Shown: piece after piece, positions 59,978-63,527 of the stretch
Position numbering within the stretch: the first letter of the stretch is position 1
Layout: each line of letters begins with the position of its first letter
From: an uncultured bacterium
Lineage (GTDB): Bacteria; Omnitrophota; Omnitrophia; Omnitrophales; Aquincolibacteriaceae
Length of the DNA stretch: 63,527 nucleotides
Direction: 5' to 3'
Assembly (NCBI GenBank): GCA_964373045.1
Contig: CAYJSI010000008.1
Location: 1-63,527, forward strand
The notes under the pieces: generated by a model
Told to the model about the DNA's origin: nothing
Seen by the model: only the letters and a program-made list of their open reading frames with translations
The model's database searches: none
Made by a program: the position numbers and the translations under genes

Positions 59978-61173
59978 GAAGGCATCCGAATTCCATTTTC
60001 ACGAAGAAGTTTCTCGTAAAGGCCTTCTGTTTTTCGGATCATTTGATCCAGGGAAAAGAATTCCTGCGCCCGCCTAAGACCGTTGGCCCCCATTTTTTTC
60101 CGAACGAGCTCGTCTTTCATCAGGAGCCGCACGGCTTCCGCGATGGCCTCCGCCTTAGCCGGTTCCACCAAAATTCCGTTCGCCCCGTGATCCACGATCC
60201 CTGCGACCCCGCCGACTCGCGTGGCAAGGACCGGCACCTGCATGGCCATGGCTTCCGCAAGGACAATCCCCATGGCTTCATAGAGCGAGGGCAAAATAAA
60301 AATATCCGAAATGGAAAGAACGCGCGCCACATCGTCGCGCCGGCCGAGAAATCGCACCAGGGACTCTGCCCCCAGTTCCCGAGTCCGCTTGAGGAGTCCT
60401 TCACGTTCAGGGCCGTCCCCCACAAGCAAAAGCTTCAGGCTTGGGAATGAGGAGGCAAGCAAAACCGCGGCCTCTAAAAGATAGCTCAATCCCTTCTCGG
60501 GACTCAGCCGCGATACACAGACTAAAATAGGGTAATGGCGATAATCGATTTCAAGCTCACGACGAATCTCAGCAGGGTCACCCACCGCATCGCGGCTGAA
60601 GGCCTTGAGATTCACCCCGTTATGAATCACCTGAAACTTAGCGTAACCGGCAATCCCGAGTTCAACCTGTTCTTTTTCGTCCTGCAAAGTCAGGGCGATT
60701 ACTTTGTCGCTTAAGGCAGCCACCCACCGGCGCAGCCAAAGAAGCGGCCCCAGCATTTTTTGATCGAGATCCCTAAGACGCGCACGCCGGTCAAAGATAT
60801 GACCGTGAGAGGAGTAGATCACCACACACACCCCTGCAAGGCGGGCCGCCAGAACTCCCAGCACGCCCGCCTTGGAGGTATGAAGATGAATGATCGTAAA
60901 GCGCTTCGTAAAAAATAGAAACCAGAGGTGGAAGAAGGCGGTCCCATCATGAAGCAGAGAAATCTTTCTCACCAAAGAAGGGATCTTGATCAAGCGTATT
61001 TTATGCCTTGCTACTTCCTCAAAAAAATGTCCTTCGCTCCCTGTCTCCAGCCCCGTCAGGAGCGTCACCTCATAGCGCTCGTCGTCGAGCCCCTCCACAA
61101 GATCGAGGCAGACGCGCTGGGCCCCGCCTTGAATCAAACGCGTGATCACGTGAGCGACTTTAATTCTTTTCAC
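59974..61173 (-). CDS. Glycosyltransferase family 4 (GT-B)
   Basis: VGDGPEREGL..ILPSLYEAMGIVLAEAMAMQVPVLATRVGG. Confidence 0.9.
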   Translation of the reverse strand: MKRIKVAHVITRLIQGGAQRVCLDLVEGLDDERYEVTLLTGLETGSEGHFFEEVARHKIRLIKIPSLVRKISLLHDGTAFFHLWFLFFTKRFTIIHLHTSKAGVLGVLAARLAGVCVVIYSSHGHIFDRRARLRDLDQKMLGPLLWLRRWVAALSDKVIALTLQDEKEQVELGIAGYAKFQVIHNGVNLKAFSRDAVGDPAEIRRELEIDYRHYPILVCVSRLSPEKGLSYLLEAAVLLASSFPSLKLLLVGDGPEREGLLKRTRELGAESLVRFLGRRDDVARVLSISDIFILPSLYEAMGIVLAEAMAMQVPVLATRVGGVAGIVDHGANGILVEPAKAEAIAEAVRLLMKDELVRKKMGANGLRRAQEFFSLDQMIRKTEGLYEKLLRENGIRMPS

Positions 61174-62458
61174 TTTTCTTCACCACAAAAATGGGATTGG
61201 ACAGCAGGTAAGACAATTCGGGCTCGGGCGAATGGGCTTCGATGCGATAATAAATTTTGGGCGTTTCCGAGAGCGCCAGATCTTCCTCGTAGGTTAAGAG
61301 GACGTCACCGCCCCCGCTTGTCTCCCGAACCATCTTTCCCATACGAATCAACTTAACCTTGATTTCGCTCACCAGCGAAGAATGGATGGAGAGGCGCGAG
61401 CGAACCGAGATCATCCCTTGAGCGTAAAGTTCTTCGCCGGAGCGGGCGATTTCTCCTTCGTTATTTTGGACCGAAAAATCCTCGAGCTTGAGTCGGTCTG
61501 TACGACCCCTTGAAACCGCATAAAATCGCCCCTTGCGGAAAGCCTCGAAAAGCTCCGATTCATTTTTTCCGCGAACCCAGGCCACGTTCAGGCGGTGATC
61601 CAAATCGATGGGGAGAATCACATGCATAATGAGTTCGGCAAAGACCCAAGGCGGGGTCTTGCGTCTCCCTTGAGTATACTGAAGAAGCGTTCGGTCCCAA
61701 AGCCCTCCGTGAAGCCCCGTTTTGTCGTGACCCTCCGGAATAATGCAGACACCTGCTGCTCCCTGCGTCGCCCTCAAGGATTCGGCGTAAGGATCGGTCC
61801 TAAATCGCACCGGGCCTTTTTTAAAGGTGGTGGCGGGATTTTCATCCGGTGTCGACCAAACGGCAAACCCCCCGCGCCCTTGCGCATAATCAATCACCTC
61901 CTGATACGGCCGCTCGCCTTCTCGGCCCTTGTGATAGGCATCGGCCTTTACTTTATGATTTGAAACCGTGGGAATTTCTTTCATATCGTCTTCGTAAAGG
62001 CCGAACACCAAAAGGTTTTTTTGGAGATTGTTGACGGTCAGATTATTTTTAAATAAACTCCCGCTCCACCAATAGGCGGGCGCCACTTCCGCACCGGCAA
62101 GAAGAAGGACATCGGGGTATTTTTTTTGAGCTTGAGCCAATTCCCGAAAGTACCTTTGAAATCCGTAACGCGAGATCGATGGTTTCTCAAACCAGACCTT
62201 CAAAATTTTATGAAATGGATAAAGTCCGAGTTCGACACGTTGCTTGAAATAATCGGTCAAAATCACAGCATCGACTCCCTTCCCGCGGGCGCGGATGGCA
62301 ATCTCATCCAGGGTGCTATTATTCGGACCGCTTGAGCGCGTGTGAACATGGAGCGCGGCGCTCATCTCGAGCAGGGGTTCGGCGGCCTGCGCCGGAAAGC
62401 TTAGAAACATTCCCACGGCAAGGCCCAGACCCGACCATGATAGCCATCGTTTTATCAT
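61160..62458 (-). CDS. Secreted PHP-domain-like metallohydrolase (CehA/McbA-like, tentative)
   Basis: Signal peptide ..SFPAQA/AE; LHVHTRSS..GVDAVILTDY N-terminal PHP motif. Confidence 0.6.
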   Translation of the reverse strand: MIKRWLSWSGLGLAVGMFLSFPAQAAEPLLEMSAALHVHTRSSGPNNSTLDEIAIRARGKGVDAVILTDYFKQRVELGLYPFHKILKVWFEKPSISRYGFQRYFRELAQAQKKYPDVLLLAGAEVAPAYWWSGSLFKNNLTVNNLQKNLLVFGLYEDDMKEIPTVSNHKVKADAYHKGREGERPYQEVIDYAQGRGGFAVWSTPDENPATTFKKGPVRFRTDPYAESLRATQGAAGVCIIPEGHDKTGLHGGLWDRTLLQYTQGRRKTPPWVFAELIMHVILPIDLDHRLNVAWVRGKNESELFEAFRKGRFYAVSRGRTDRLKLEDFSVQNNEGEIARSGEELYAQGMISVRSRLSIHSSLVSEIKVKLIRMGKMVRETSGGGDVLLTYEEDLALSETPKIYYRIEAHSPEPELSYLLSNPIFVVKKSEKN

Positions 62459-63527
62459 GAAGGAATTTTTTTAAGGACAAACCGATCGATTTGTCTTCGG
62501 CAGGCCCGTAAAACTTCTTCGATGGTCACAGCCTCCATATAAGGATTGCCTTGGACGCGCGTGGACTTGGTCCATGGCCACTCCGGAATCTTGTGCCAGA
62601 TGGGATGAAAAAACTCATAGCCCTCTCCGTAGGTCCCGTAGGCGGGGTAATTGCCGGGGCCGAAAATCCCTACAGTTGGAATCCCGAGGGCGATGGCCAT
62701 ATGCATGGGGCCGGTGTCGGCGCCCAAGTAAAATTGCGTACGCTCAAGCAAGGCCCCGAATTCGCGGATCGAGGCCATCCCCGCGGCATTCACCGCCGCA
62801 TTTTCGCCCACAGCCTTAAGGATGCGGTGGGCCAGGGGCTGATCGGTTTTGCCACCCACGAGCAAGAGCTTGGCTTGATAGAGACGCAACAATTCTTTCG
62901 CCACGGCAATAAATTTTTCCACGGGCCAAAATTTGAGCGGGAAGTCGATATTGGCGCCCGGATGGATGCAAAAGACCCGTTCCCCTTGAAGCCTATGCTT
63001 CACGAAGACCTTTTGAGCAAATGATCGATCTTGTTCGGTGAGCCAGATTTCGGTTTTTCTTGAATCGCGCTTAGCACCCACCGCTTCCACCACACGCAGG
63101 CAGCGGTCAATTATATGGTCAAATCCGTAGGTCGTGGTCCGAATGCGGCGGTTTAAAAAAAACCCTCGACCGTCCGTATCTAATCCGGCCTTTAATCTTG
63201 TCCCCGAAATCAAACCAATCAGCCACGGCTTAAAAACGCTCGAAAAATAATAAAGGTCATGAAAGTCGATATAAAGATCGTAACGATTCCTTCTTACGGC
63301 GTAGACGAAGTCCCGGAGCCGGCCCAGCATGGCCGGTTGAAGAAAGCGGAAATAATTCTGACAGCGGTAGAGGTCGTCAAAAACAATATAGTCTTCAAAA
63401 AGCCCGGAATAACGAATGAGTTCAACGGGAGTTGCTTCAGCGCAAAGGGTCAATTTCGCCTGAGGAAATTTTTTTTTTAAAGCCCGTGCGGCCGGAGTCA
63501 TGGTCACGACATCTCCAATCCCCCCCA
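62455..63527 (-). CDS. Glycosyltransferase family 9 (heptosyltransferase-like), 5' end outside window
   Basis: The frame stays open to nt 63527 (..GGIGDVVTMTPAARALKKKFP, the GT9 N-terminal motif). C-terminal LGADTGPMHMAIALGIPTVGIFGP. Confidence 0.88.
   Translation of the reverse strand, partial: GGIGDVVTMTPAARALKKKFPQAKLTLCAEATPVELIRYSGLFEDYIVFDDLYRCQNYFRFLQPAMLGRLRDFVYAVRRNRYDLYIDFHDLYYFSSVFKPWLIGLISGTRLKAGLDTDGRGFFLNRRIRTTTYGFDHIIDRCLRVVEAVGAKRDSRKTEIWLTEQDRSFAQKVFVKHRLQGERVFCIHPGANIDFPLKFWPVEKFIAVAKELLRLYQAKLLLVGGKTDQPLAHRILKAVGENAAVNAAGMASIREFGALLERTQFYLGADTGPMHMAIALGIPTVGIFGPGNYPAYGTYGEGYEFFHPIWHKIPEWPWTKSTRVQGNPYMEAVTIEEVLRACRRQIDRFVLKKIPS

Noticed and set aside
44661-63527. Mobile genetic island carrying the RiPP-like operon.
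   Set aside because: No integrase, transposase, flanking tRNA or direct repeats were found, and my spot GC counts are inconclusive. It is kept only as a low-interest synteny question.

Overview
This 63.5-kb window comes from an uncultivated-type Gram-negative bacterium. A Minf_1886-like gene and a giant ORF hint at a PVC/Omnitrophota-like lineage, but that is speculative. Nearly all genes are on the minus strand, apart from one 10.4-kb plus-strand operon. No rRNA, tRNA, CRISPR array, transposase or integrase was recognised.

Contents from left to right:
1. nt 1-10713 (-) is a single uninterrupted ORF of 3571 codons. It starts at ATG 10713 and runs off the left edge. It is missing from the supplied ORF track because it has no stop codon in the window. 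It encodes a signal-peptide-bearing giant protein with a recurring R-[SA]-E-x-R linker motif.
2. A UvrD/PcrA helicase carrying palindromic repeat elements in frame.
3. A small conserved protein, then lplA-like, gcvPB, gcvPA, gcvH and gcvT.
4. A dcw-type cluster running murE-murF-mraY-murD-ftsW-murG-murC-murB-ddl-ftsQ-ftsA. No ftsZ, ftsI, ftsL, rsmH or mraZ is present in the window.
5. An OmpA-like lipoprotein, a GAF/degenerate HD-GYP protein, a dGTPase, a HIT protein, an AAA ATPase, a pseudo-receiver-YvcK fusion, a CDF transporter, an FAD oxidoreductase, a YyaL-like thioredoxin-domain protein, a BamE-like protein, VanZ, an SGNH hydrolase and a GT-C membrane glycosyltransferase.
6. nt 47.7-58.1 kb (+) is a tightly coupled 13-gene RiPP-like operon. 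It encodes two PqqD/RRE proteins, a UPF0489-TPR protein, three paralogous radical-SAM(/SPASM) enzymes, a 62-aa Cys/Ser/Thr/Asn-rich precursor candidate, an HPr-kinase-like kinase, an NTP_transf_5 nucleotidyltransferase, a methyltransferase, an S26B-type peptidase and an ABC-2 exporter. This is the best candidate for an undescribed system.
7. Envelope-glycan genes: a methyltransferase, a formyltransferase, a GT4, a PHP-like protein and a GT9 that is partial at the right edge.

Several families of GC-rich palindromic (REP-like) repeats are scattered through intergenic regions. Unusually, some sit inside coding sequences.
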